DNA of 38,247 nt from Actinomycetes bacterium (GTDB lineage Bacteria > Actinomycetota > Acidimicrobiia > Acidimicrobiales > JAMCPL01): the NCBI GenBank assembly GCA_021846725.1, contig JAJZWK010000002.1:1-38247 (forward strand), in the 5' to 3' direction. Below are positions 25,091 through 33,743 of the stretch, piece by piece. Position 1 is the first letter of the stretch. Each line of letters begins with the position of its first letter. A program made the translations under genes and the position numbers. The notes beneath the pieces were generated by a model, which was not told the origin of the DNA, did not search any database, and worked only from the letters and a program-made list of their open reading frames with translations.

Positions 25091-25163
25091 AGCGGACGAC
25101 GGGATTCGAACCCGCGACCCTCACCTTGGCAAGGTGATGCTCTACCAGCTGAGCCACGTCCGC
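25091..25163 (-). tRNA. tRNA-Gly (anticodon GCC)
   Basis: The reverse complement is a 73-nt cloverleaf. Acceptor GCGGACG/CGTCCGC; D arm GCTC-AGCTGGTA-GAGC; anticodon arm TCACC-TTGCCAA-GGTGA (anticodon GCC); T arm GCGGG-TTCGAAT-CCCGT; discriminator U. A TATAAT at 25186-25181 (minus strand) lies 17 nt upstream. Confidence 0.93.
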
Positions 25164-25225
25164 AACGCATCAATAGGTATATTATAGCTACATAGTACTA
25201 TACGCGCCATATCGTATGACATTTA

Positions 25226-26764
25226 TTACGCGTATTTTCGTGCTGTTGCTTTTTCCAATTCGGCAAACGATTCATGCATGTATTGTGTAAAATCATCTAA
25301 ATCGGGGATCAAGTATTTACAGGCGAGTATGCCAATTCCCAATCGGTCTACGTAGCTCATTACTGTTACGTTTAACCCAATGCCCTCTACCAGAGGTCCG
25401 AAGGGGTAGATTTCTACCATCCTATTGCCCGCGCACCACAGTGGTTTATTCGGTCCGCGTATGTTCGATATCACGACGTTGAATGGCATGTGCAGTTTAT
25501 TCAGCAGTTTCAGCTTTGTGATGGTAGTAGCAAGGGGGTGTGATATTCCAGGTATAGCAACTTGCGAGATAGCTTTTACAAGGTGATCGTAGATGGGAGA
25601 GGAGTTGCGTATCGCATGGCTGGATCCTGCAGAAATAGCAATAAGGCGGTCTAACGGGTCATCGATATGAGTTGCAAGTGATACAAGTGCTGCAGATACC
25701 ATATTGGCATTTTTATTCGCTCTCTCATTTCTGTGTACATTGTTGCCTTCGGCAATGTTTCTGGAATAGACGCCACTCTCACTATTGTCTGTAACCCTTC
25801 CGCTTCTGGTTTTATTCATATTGCCCTCATACAGTCCTCGCTGAGAGACGGGCACAAGTGACACCAGAGAACGATCTGGCCTCTCGCCTCGCGTATCTAG
25901 CAGTTTACGTAAGGCTCCAGATACCGTTGCCAAGACTACATGATTAATTGTTGTAGATGCACTGTGTGCCACTATCTTTATATCTGTGAGTGGGAGGCTC
26001 ATGAATGACAATTTCCTGTAAGGTGAGATCGCTCCATTTATGGAGGTACGTGGTGCCAAGTGGGGAGCGAGGGGTGCCATGATTCCACCCGATGCAGTAT
26101 CTCTCTTCTTTTCGTTGGTCATATTTGTCAGGAAGGAAATAGCACGTTTAGCACTGTCAATGGTAGTGCCTGATCGTGATGCCAGTCCGGTAGCGGAGTG
26201 AATGAGCAGCTCAGTCAGCGAAGGAACAGGGTCAGGTATCCACGGATAGTCGGGTGGGGGGACATTTCGTGGCGTTGGTCCGTCATCGAATACCGTAGAT
26301 AAAACGCCTGCACCAGTCTCCCCGTCTAGGATACAGTGGTGCATTTTGGCGATCATTGCAATAGACGGTTCAGATGATGCATGCAAGCCTTCCACCAGAT
26401 GTATTTCCCATAGTGGCTTGGACATATCGAGTTTGCGTTCCATGATTGATGCTGCCAATGTGGTCAGTTCATTATAACTACCCGGTGTAGGTAGGGCTGC
26501 ACGATGTATATGATTTTCTATATCAAAGTGAGGATCTTCTATCCATAGGGGAAAGTCAATTCCAAGGGGAGCCTTTATGACTCTTCTTCGTAGGGCATGT
26601 ACAGTATGTATTCTCTCGCTTATAATGTTACGTACTGATGAATCTATAGTCTCTACATGACTAGTCTCACTTGTATCGAATACAGCTAATACCCCAACAT
26701 GCATATGCATATTTTCCGTTTCCAGCGCAAGGAAAGCAGCATCCAATGGATCCATTTCTATCAT
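25226..26764 (-). CDS. wax ester synthase/diacylglycerol acyltransferase (WS/DGAT) family protein
   Basis: 512-aa ORF with the active-site motif HHCILDGETG (HHxxxDG) and an N-terminal MDPLDAAFL. It carries an N/R/S-rich low-complexity insertion (NKTRSGRVTDNSESG...NERANKNAN). Confidence 0.9.
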   Translation of the reverse strand: MIEMDPLDAAFLALETENMHMHVGVLAVFDTSETSHVETIDSSVRNIISERIHTVHALRRRVIKAPLGIDFPLWIEDPHFDIENHIHRAALPTPGSYNELTTLAASIMERKLDMSKPLWEIHLVEGLHASSEPSIAMIAKMHHCILDGETGAGVLSTVFDDGPTPRNVPPPDYPWIPDPVPSLTELLIHSATGLASRSGTTIDSAKRAISFLTNMTNEKKRDTASGGIMAPLAPHLAPRTSINGAISPYRKLSFMSLPLTDIKIVAHSASTTINHVVLATVSGALRKLLDTRGERPDRSLVSLVPVSQRGLYEGNMNKTRSGRVTDNSESGVYSRNIAEGNNVHRNERANKNANMVSAALVSLATHIDDPLDRLIAISAGSSHAIRNSSPIYDHLVKAISQVAIPGISHPLATTITKLKLLNKLHMPFNVVISNIRGPNKPLWCAGNRMVEIYPFGPLVEGIGLNVTVMSYVDRLGIGILACKYLIPDLDDFTQYMHESFAELEKATARKYA

Positions 26765-26766
26765 GT

Positions 26767-27234
26767 CTATCGACCTGTATGTCCGAAGCCGCCAGCACCT
26801 CTTTTGGTATTCAATGGGACTTCTACTCCTTGATTGTAGCCATCTAAGTTCTCCAATGGTCTGAATACGACTTGTTCTACCTGCATTATGACGAGTTGAG
26901 CGATTCTATCTCCTCTGGTAACTGTATATTTGGCGTATGGATCGGTATTGATCAGTATAACTTTTATTTCTCCACGATATCCTGAGTCAATCAACCCAGG
27001 AGCATTCAGGCAAGTGATACCGTGGTCTTGCGCCAGTCCGCTACGAGGTAACACGAAGCCAGCATAACCTTCTGGTATACCAAGTACAAGGCCAGTTGGT
27101 ATAGTGGCTCTTCCTCCACCGGGGGGTATGGTTACATCCTCCCTGGAGTGCAGATCCATTCCAGCATCACCCGGCATTGCATAGGTGGGTATTGTAATCG
27201 TTGGATCAAGTACTGATATGACAACCTCTACCAT
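26767..27234 (-). CDS. dut: dUTP diphosphatase
   Basis: 155-aa ORF with GDAGMDL, PRSGLA, GLIDSGYRGEI and C-terminal RGAGGFGHTG motifs. Its stop lies 2 nt from the WS/DGAT start. Confidence 0.95.
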   Translation of the reverse strand: MVEVVISVLDPTITIPTYAMPGDAGMDLHSREDVTIPPGGGRATIPTGLVLGIPEGYAGFVLPRSGLAQDHGITCLNAPGLIDSGYRGEIKVILINTDPYAKYTVTRGDRIAQLVIMQVEQVVFRPLENLDGYNQGVEVPLNTKRGAGGFGHTGR

Positions 27235-27264
27235 GAGAAAGAGACTAGCACCACCTCGAGTACT

Positions 27265-27291
27265 CTACCACAATAATCAATATTGTGGTAG
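27265..27291. promoter_or_regulatory. 11-bp-arm inverted repeat in the dut/orn divergent promoter region (candidate operator)
   Basis: ctaccacaata-atcaa-tattgtggtag at 27265-27291. Because it lies between divergent genes, it is not a terminator. Confidence 0.3.
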
Positions 27292-27378
27292 CTAGGGTAG
27301 TTAGCGGTCTGCTCATGAATGGTTATATAGTTACAGGTTACAGTGGCGCGACAATGATATAGCGGCTAACATCATTGT

Positions 27379-27972
27379 ATGCTTTTGTGGATGGATCTGG
27401 AGATGACTGGGCTTGATCCATCGCGTGATGTCATTGTGGAGATTGCTACACTTGCTACCGATGATGAGTTGAATATCTTGGCTGAAGGTCCCGATCTGGT
27501 CATCCATGCAGATGATGCCATACTCGCTGGCATGGAAGATGTCGTAAAAGATATGCATGAGCGTTCAGGATTATTGCCAATGATAAGGGCATCGCAAATA
27601 ACAGAAGAAGAGGCAGAGCACGCCACTCTCGAATTCATGAAAGAGTTTGCACGTGAACCTATGACGATTCCACTCTGTGGCAATTCCATAGGTACAGACA
27701 GACGTTTCCTGCTTTCCAGGATGCCTTCAATTGAAGAGTGGCTTCACTATCGTTCGATTGACGTATCTACCATCAAGGAACTGGCTAAACGTTGGTATCC
27801 AGAGATATTGGCTGGAGCTCCGAAGAAGCGTGGTCGCCATAGGGCAATGGACGATATAAGGGCATCAGTTGAAGAGTTGAGATATTATCGCAAGACACTA
27901 TTTATAGATAAGTCACATAATCAATTGAATAGGCAGGATACTGTTGTCGAGCCTCGGGGCGAGGGCTGCTAA
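27379..27972 (+). CDS. orn: oligoribonuclease
   Basis: 197-aa ORF with DEDDh exonuclease motifs: LLWMDLEMTGLDP, GNSIGTDRRFL and HRAMDDIRASVEELRYYR. Confidence 0.93.
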   Translation: MLLWMDLEMTGLDPSRDVIVEIATLATDDELNILAEGPDLVIHADDAILAGMEDVVKDMHERSGLLPMIRASQITEEEAEHATLEFMKEFAREPMTIPLCGNSIGTDRRFLLSRMPSIEEWLHYRSIDVSTIKELAKRWYPEILAGAPKKRGRHRAMDDIRASVEELRYYRKTLFIDKSHNQLNRQDTVVEPRGEGC

Positions 27973-27986
27973 AAGTAGCAAAGACG

Positions 27987-28760
27987 ATGCAACGACAGTA
28001 TGAGCCGGGACAATCTAGAACATATTTTCCCAGAACGGCAAGATCTCCTCGAGATATTTTTAACGGTAGTGCCTCTCCGGTAGTAGCTGCCTTTGATTTT
28101 GACGGTACTCTGACCAGAGGGGATAGTGTCATCAAGTTCTTGATCCATATAAGGGGGAGGCTACGTGTAGCTTGGTCTTTGCTGATACTTCTACCGCTGT
28201 TCGTTCTATCCGGAATTGATGGCGACAGGTATGCTGACAGGTTCAAGCAGCGTCTTTTTTCCAAAACTATCGCTGGAATGACATTGGAAGAGCTCTTGGA
28301 GGCAGGGGAGAGGTTTGCAAAAGTTCATCTTGATCGCAATACCCGGAACAGCGTGGTGGAAAGATTGACGTGGCATAGAAATCAAGGTCATTTGGTCATA
28401 ATTGTATCTGCATCTCCGGAGTGTTATATAGGACCGGCAGCAAGGCTACTGGGTGCCACGGATGTCATTGCTACTAAGTTGTACGTGGACGAGCACGGAA
28501 GAGTCGACGGTAGTTTCCAGGGTGATAATTGCAGGGGTGTAGAGAAAGCTCGGAGACTGAGGGAGTGGATCAATACACATTGTGTTGACAATGGTAAGAT
28601 TACACTCTGGGCATACGGTAACAGCATCGGGGACAGAGATATGCTGTCCATGGCTGATACTGGTATAAATGTGGGTAGGTTGGGACGTATAGGTAGACTC
28701 AGGAAATTTTGCAGGATAACGTCTAGTGAAAATGACATCCAGCGAGTTCATAGTGTTTAA
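27987..28760 (+). CDS. HAD-IB family hydrolase (SerB-like superfamily; specificity unknown)
   Basis: 257-aa ORF with HAD motif I AAFDFDGTLT, motif II VSASP, and motif III/IV K...GNSIGDRDML. Confidence 0.8.
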   Translation: MQRQYEPGQSRTYFPRTARSPRDIFNGSASPVVAAFDFDGTLTRGDSVIKFLIHIRGRLRVAWSLLILLPLFVLSGIDGDRYADRFKQRLFSKTIAGMTLEELLEAGERFAKVHLDRNTRNSVVERLTWHRNQGHLVIIVSASPECYIGPAARLLGATDVIATKLYVDEHGRVDGSFQGDNCRGVEKARRLREWINTHCVDNGKITLWAYGNSIGDRDMLSMADTGINVGRLGRIGRLRKFCRITSSENDIQRVHSV

Positions 28761-28778
28761 ACCGGTAGTTGATAAGTA

Positions 28779-28859
28779 AGTGGCCAATCAGTAGGCACTG
28801 CTTGAAGATCAACTTAGTCGCCTATTGAGCCGAGGTCGAGTGGCCAATCAGTAGGCACT
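28779..28859. repeat. 21-nt perfect direct repeat (period 60) copying the 3' end and stop of the SpoIID-domain gene
   Basis: agtggccaatcagtaggcact at 28779-28799 and again at 28839-28859. The second copy contains the stop codon (28848-28850) of the minus-strand gene. Confidence 0.95.
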
Positions 28860-30500
28860 CGACACGATTCCTAATGTTGTAGAGGGACTTGTGTTAGTAG
28901 AGCTGGTCAAGCTAGGTGCATTTCCGTAGTTGAAGACCTGTCCGTTGGATACGATTATAAGATAACCGCCAGCTGTGGTAGTAGGTAGGATGGAGGTCGC
29001 CTTATTGGGGGATGCAATATTCCCTCTTGGTGAACCGTAGTACTTGGCATTTCCAAATGGGTATACAGCTCCATCAGCACCAACCAACCAATAGCCCCCT
29101 CCATCGGGGGTAGCAGCCACACCTACTACGGGAGATGGAGGCTTTACCCTTATCCCAGGGAGTGAACCGTAGTACTTGGCATTTCCAAATGGGTATACAG
29201 CTCCATCAGCACCAACCAACCAATAGCCGCTCACTCCTCCGCTTGCTTGCCCGTCAATCTCGAACCAATTGGACTGTACACCATAACCAGAAAATTGTGA
29301 TGAAAACGATGAACCTGTAGTGTTTACCGTTCCTGTACTACCTGTTATTGTCATATTCAATACTCTTCCTCCAAGGCTGCCATAGCCGTTGCGACTTGTA
29401 ACTGCTATGGATGTAAGCGTTCCTATGGAGGGATAAGCCTGTTCTATGGCAGTCACAGGTATCTGTGCCTGCCAGGTATGATGCTGGTTGCATGCTTGAG
29501 GTATGCATATCGAATCGCCTGCGTCCACTACTGGTTTGAAGATACTGGGGGCGGTATATCCCCCCGTAGATGACGAGTATTGTGTGTCTGCAATCTGGCC
29601 ATTGGGCATGTATACGACCTGAGCTGTCGTGTCTTGCACTGCTGCAATGACCAGTTGAGTCTGGTTGGCCAAGCCGTTGTAGACTTGGCAGTACAGGTCG
29701 CATATATCTGCATAGTTGCCGTTAATGCCTGTTTTAAGATTTGCCATGACATAAGATCTGGCGGCAACGGCCTGAGCTTCTAACTCCTGAAATCCCCTTG
29801 GCTCTCCTTGTGCGCCAGTGATGCCCAGAGTTCCCCAATAGGCCGGAGATTCATTTGGAACTACGCCCGCTACATATTCTTCAAGTGGCAGTGAATTCAC
29901 TGTTCTGGGGCTGCCGTTCGCGTTGTATGCTGCCGATACATTGCCTTGTACTGTCATATTCCCAGAGGCCATACAGATGGTGAGCGCATATGTCTCTGCA
30001 TTGCTGGCACCCAGAGTAGTTTGTTCTGATGGAGTTATCTCAGGATTGTATAGATCAGTCTTTACTGGGGTGGATGACCATGGTCCATTGCAACCTTGGC
30101 CGGTATACAGGTTCCACTTGTTCGAACTGCTTGGTGTCAGTTTGACGGATTGGTTAGCTTGAATAGTGACTCCTGCTGCATTGAAGGCCGAATTGGATGT
30201 CACTATAAGGTCGTTACCGTTATTTTGAGATATTACAACACTGATATTAGTTGCAGCTTGGTCGGCAGGGAGTTTCCCGAGTGTAGTGGTACCCGAATAA
30301 GTGGAGCCGTAGAAATGAGCGATGATTTGTTGATAGGTCAATCCGGAGATTGCATATCCAAACGCACCCCATTGACCCATTCCTATGCCAGGTCCCCAGC
30401 CATGTCCTGTAAGTGTGACGTTTGTGTAGGGATATGCGTCAGATGAAAGGGAGTCGAATGAGCCAGATATACCCGTGGTGCCTATGAGGACAAGCACCAT
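28848..30500 (-). CDS. secreted SpoIID/LytB-domain protein with C-terminal GYWLV..DG.V..FG repeats
   Basis: 550-aa ORF with a SpoIID-type core (LEEYVAGVVPNESPAYWG...EAQAVAARSYV...TQYSSSTGGYT). It has two identical repeats plus one degenerate repeat, GGYWLVGADGAVYPFGNAKYYGS. The hydrophobic leader continues upstream of the ATG (NRTIKYILF-MVLVLIG) with no canonical start, so the true start is uncertain. Confidence 0.85.
   Translation of the reverse strand: MVLVLIGTTGISGSFDSLSSDAYPYTNVTLTGHGWGPGIGMGQWGAFGYAISGLTYQQIIAHFYGSTYSGTTTLGKLPADQAATNISVVISQNNGNDLIVTSNSAFNAAGVTIQANQSVKLTPSSSNKWNLYTGQGCNGPWSSTPVKTDLYNPEITPSEQTTLGASNAETYALTICMASGNMTVQGNVSAAYNANGSPRTVNSLPLEEYVAGVVPNESPAYWGTLGITGAQGEPRGFQELEAQAVAARSYVMANLKTGINGNYADICDLYCQVYNGLANQTQLVIAAVQDTTAQVVYMPNGQIADTQYSSSTGGYTAPSIFKPVVDAGDSICIPQACNQHHTWQAQIPVTAIEQAYPSIGTLTSIAVTSRNGYGSLGGRVLNMTITGSTGTVNTTGSSFSSQFSGYGVQSNWFEIDGQASGGVSGYWLVGADGAVYPFGNAKYYGSLPGIRVKPPSPVVGVAATPDGGGYWLVGADGAVYPFGNAKYYGSPRGNIASPNKATSILPTTTAGGYLIIVSNGQVFNYGNAPSLTSSTNTSPSTTLGIVSSAY
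29030..29228. repeat. 67-nt perfect intragenic direct repeat (period 132 nt = 44 codons)
   Basis: gtgaaccgtagtacttggcatttccaaatgggtatacagctccatcagcaccaaccaaccaatagcc at 29030-29096 and identically at 29162-29228. It encodes the GYWLVGADGAVYPFGNAKYYGS module. Confidence 0.97.
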
Positions 30501-30525
30501 AAACAGAATATATTTGATGGTTCTG

Positions 30526-31743
30526 TTATATACTAATCGTGTTATTTAACGATTCTAGCTTGACCTGAACCGGAGTTGCAATGATGCCCAGGTTGTTTTC
30601 TGGAGCGGTAATCTTAAAGGTGCAGGCACGATCGAATCTGTCGTAATCGTTGGAGGTACCTCGCTTGCGTATAGCGGCATTCGCCATATAGATACCACCA
30701 GTTAGAGGCAGCGCATCAATGGTAAAACTAATATTTCCTGTTCCCTTTTCGATTACTGGGTAGTATTCAAGAGAATCGGTGTTCGATGAAAACACTATTG
30801 TACCGGAGTCGTTTTGAATTTCCACTATGAATACGCAGTCGTCCAGATCTGCCTCAGACTTGTATTGCACTGTGATCCCAGCGGAGTCACCGCTGTCGAT
30901 CTTATCTATAGTTTGACCATTTACAGATTTAAGTGACACAGATTCTACAGATATAATTTTCTCTTCATTGGACGAACTCCTACCCAGTTCCGCATCGAGC
31001 AGCTTTTGCTCAATGATTATGTCGTGGTAGCTGTCTATGGCATCTTTTGCCTCTCCTATAAAGACCATATCACCCTCTTGTAGAACAACGGCGCGGCTGC
31101 AGACTTTTTTTGTAAGATCGGGTGAGTGAGTTACAAATAGTATACTAGTGCCATTTCTTTGCATTTCTCTGATCTTGTCAAGGCACTTTGCCTGGAAAGT
31201 TTCGTCTCCGACTGCCAGTACTTCGTCTACTATGAGAATATCGGGTTGAACATTGATTGCGACTGCGAATCCGAGCCTGACGTACATTCCTGAAGAGTAG
31301 AACTTTACTTGATTGTCTATAAAGTGCTCCAATTCGGCAAAGGCAACTATATCATCGAATCGCTTGGCTACCTCCTTCACCGGTATGCCAAGTAACGATG
31401 CATTCAAGTAGATGTTGTCTCTGCCGGAGAGCTCAGGCTGAAAACCAGCACCCAATTCCAGCAGAGATGATATCTGTCCCCGTAGAAGTACTTCACCGGA
31501 GGTCGGGCGCAGGATGCCAGCAACGCATTTGAGAAGTGTGGATTTACCTGATCCATTCCTCCCTACAATGCCTACGGTCTCTCCTTGTTCAACGTAAAAA
31601 TCTATATTCTTTAGCGCCCAGAACTCTTCGAATACGCTTCGGCGGAAGTTGACCACTTTTTCTTTGAGAGAGGTCGCCTTTTCGTGGTAGAGCTTGAACC
31701 GCTTTGATAGGTCATGTACTTCTATTGAATGATTCTTGTCCAT
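30526..31743 (-). CDS. polysaccharide/teichoic-acid-type ABC exporter ATP-binding protein with C-terminal extension (Wzt/TagH-like)
   Basis: Walker A GRNGSGKST, signature YSSGM, Walker B ILIVDE. A further ~140 aa of beta-rich C-terminal domain is laid out like Wzt carbohydrate-binding modules. I place the start at the internal ATG 31743 (MDKNHSIEVHDLSKRF, the typical N-terminus), whereas the track ORF extends to 31836. Confidence 0.88.
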   Translation of the reverse strand: MDKNHSIEVHDLSKRFKLYHEKATSLKEKVVNFRRSVFEEFWALKNIDFYVEQGETVGIVGRNGSGKSTLLKCVAGILRPTSGEVLLRGQISSLLELGAGFQPELSGRDNIYLNASLLGIPVKEVAKRFDDIVAFAELEHFIDNQVKFYSSGMYVRLGFAVAINVQPDILIVDEVLAVGDETFQAKCLDKIREMQRNGTSILFVTHSPDLTKKVCSRAVVLQEGDMVFIGEAKDAIDSYHDIIIEQKLLDAELGRSSSNEEKIISVESVSLKSVNGQTIDKIDSGDSAGITVQYKSEADLDDCVFIVEIQNDSGTIVFSSNTDSLEYYPVIEKGTGNISFTIDALPLTGGIYMANAAIRKRGTSNDYDRFDRACTFKITAPENNLGIIATPVQVKLESLNNTISI

Positions 31744-31857
31744 TGTTTGATTACAACCTTTGTCTAGGTATCTGGTGTTCTTCGTTGGATTGCACACATA
31801 ATTGGCAAAGTGTGAGCGCCTGACCTGTACCACCACGGCGGGTATAGTCGTTTTTTT

Positions 31858-31887
31858 TGAGCTGTGGACTGTTGAGCTGTGTACTGT
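31858..31887. repeat. 15-nt tandem duplication (1 mismatch) next to a T8 run in the wzm-wzt spacer
   Basis: tgagctgtggactgt at 31858-31872 followed by tgagctgtgtactgt at 31873-31887. T8 at 31851-31858. Confidence 0.9.
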
Positions 31888-31916
31888 TTGATGCCATACA
31901 CTTAGTGGCTTTAGGC

Positions 31917-32906
31917 TTAGAGCTCTTCAGCAAAGTTACCTTCTATGCGTCCAAAGATAATGAGCGAAATCAAGAACAGTATGATGGAGCCAGCCAGTAC
32001 CCCAATGTCCAGTTTCAAGAACCACATTTGTCCTCCCGTAGGAAGAGTGAAAACTCTGGTGGTACTTCCCGGAGGGATATAGGAGACTATTGCATAGATT
32101 GCTCGTTGGAATGTAATTACTACCGGCGCGATGGGGTCCATTAGGTAAAGAAAACCCAATCCATGTCTTGACAGCGCGCTCATAGCCGAGCTGTATGGGT
32201 AGACTATAGGCACCCCCCAGAACCATGCTATAAGTACGATCTCCAACAGATGATGGGTGTCACGTAGGTATACATTTATAGATGAAAGTAGCACGGCAAG
32301 TGCGGCAGTAAAGACTATCAATGCCAAGAAGGCAGGTACGAGCAGCCACAAATAGCTCCACGCGGGAGAATATCCGAAGGCGGCGAGCACCACAGCCAGT
32401 ACTATCGCTTGAAAGCTGAAGAACACACATGCAGTTCCAACCTCTGATATCGGCAACACCTCGCGCGGGAAAGAAACCTTCTTGACCAAGCCGGAATTGC
32501 TTACAAGTGATGAAGTGGCACTGGTGACAGCAGAGCTGAATAGATTCCATACCAGTACACCGGCGAACAGATAGATCACGAATCGAGGAACGGTAGAACG
32601 CACTATGATTTTGAACACTATGAAGTAGACTGCGATGGTCATAGCTGGATTAAGCATCGACCACAGGAAACCGAGAATGGAATTCTTGTACTTTACCTTT
32701 ACTTCGGTACGAACTAGAAAGCTCATCAGTTCACGAGAATGCCATATCTCCAGCAATTTTGTCCTAAGGCTTACACGAGCTGACACCTGTTTGACCTGCT
32801 GTGATGACGTAGGGTGGAGTGTCATCACAGTGGTATCTACGTCAGTGGCCTCCTCGGAAGCTGCCTGCTGGATCGGACGATTTTGGCCTTTGTCGGTAAT
32901 AGTCAT
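31917..32906 (-). CDS. ABC-2 type polysaccharide exporter permease (Wzm/TagG-like)
   Basis: 329-aa ORF with the ABC-2 signature LWHSRELMSFLVRTEVKVKYKNSILGFLWSMLNP and six predicted TM segments. Its ~45-aa hydrophilic N-terminal extension may be shorter if M28 is the real start. Confidence 0.88.
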   Translation of the reverse strand: MTITDKGQNRPIQQAASEEATDVDTTVMTLHPTSSQQVKQVSARVSLRTKLLEIWHSRELMSFLVRTEVKVKYKNSILGFLWSMLNPAMTIAVYFIVFKIIVRSTVPRFVIYLFAGVLVWNLFSSAVTSATSSLVSNSGLVKKVSFPREVLPISEVGTACVFFSFQAIVLAVVLAAFGYSPAWSYLWLLVPAFLALIVFTAALAVLLSSINVYLRDTHHLLEIVLIAWFWGVPIVYPYSSAMSALSRHGLGFLYLMDPIAPVVITFQRAIYAIVSYIPPGSTTRVFTLPTGGQMWFLKLDIGVLAGSIILFLISLIIFGRIEGNFAEEL

Positions 32907-32907
32907 G

Positions 32908-33555
32908 TCAACTGGCAGTGTCTGCCGGTACTGCCGACCTCTCTATCACCTCGTCGATGAAACCGTACTCTTTTGCCTCTTGGGCAGTAAACCAGCGGTC
33001 TCTGTCCGAGTCAGCCTCAATTCGTTCTACTGGTTGTCCTGTATGGAATGCAATGCGCTCGGCCATCATTCGTTTGAGGTACACTATCTGTTCAGCCTGT
33101 ATGGCGATATCGGCTGCCTGTCCCTCCATCTGCCCTGATGGTTGATGCATTAATATCCTACTATGAGGCAATGCAAAACGCTTTCCACGGGTGCCTGCAC
33201 ACAGTAAAAACTGTCCCATTGATGCGGCAAGACCTATACATATAGTCCTGACATCGCACTGTACGTATTGCATAGTATCGTATATAGCAAGTCCATCGGT
33301 TACCGATCCCCCGGGGGAGTTTATGTAAAGGGATATATCCTGATCAGGGTCTTCGGCGTCGAGAAGGAGTATTTGAGCACAGACCAGATTGGCAACATCC
33401 TGGTTGATCATGCTCCCAAGAAATACAATGCGTTCCTTCAGAAGTCTCTGGAATATTTCACCACTTGGATCTGACATGAGCGAATTAGGTCCTGCAATTG
33501 GATATCTGTCAGATAGTTGTGGAGTACATCCAGCTATTGATGCACGTCCGGACAA
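32908..33555 (-). CDS. clpP: ATP-dependent Clp protease proteolytic subunit (ClpP1-like)
   Basis: 215-aa ORF with a TTG start and AAAGGAG 7 nt upstream. Catalytic triad context is intact: GLAASMG (Ser), RILMHQPSG (His), EADSDRDRWF (Asp). The stop lies 1 nt from the wzm ATG. Confidence 0.95.
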   Translation of the reverse strand: MSGRASIAGCTPQLSDRYPIAGPNSLMSDPSGEIFQRLLKERIVFLGSMINQDVANLVCAQILLLDAEDPDQDISLYINSPGGSVTDGLAIYDTMQYVQCDVRTICIGLAASMGQFLLCAGTRGKRFALPHSRILMHQPSGQMEGQAADIAIQAEQIVYLKRMMAERIAFHTGQPVERIEADSDRDRWFTAQEAKEYGFIDEVIERSAVPADTAS

Positions 33556-33646
33556 ATTGTCTCCTTTCGGTCTGTTCTATTTAATACTAGATTATATGTA
33601 TAAGCCAAGCATGGTACCGGCTACTTCATACAGTAGCACACACCAT

Positions 33647-33655
33647 ATTATAACA
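33647..33655 (-). promoter_or_regulatory. candidate extended -10 promoter upstream of clpP
   Basis: The minus strand reads TGtTATAAT (hexamer at 33652-33647), about 90 nt upstream of the clpP TTG. No good -35 is present. Confidence 0.4.
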
Positions 33656-33743
33656 AGTGAATGAGGTGACGAGAGTCAGCGTGTAGGGGTGCAGGGCATA
33701 TGGGTACATGCCGATGCGACCATGTAGGATTTTTTGTCAGACT

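Noticed and set aside
31744-31836. The N-terminal 31-codon extension of the Wzt-like ORF (MVVQVRRSHFANYVCNPTKNTRYLDKGCNQT).
   Set aside because: It is not part of ABC ATPase N-termini. The internal MDKNHSIEVHDLSKRF matches the usual start of this family.
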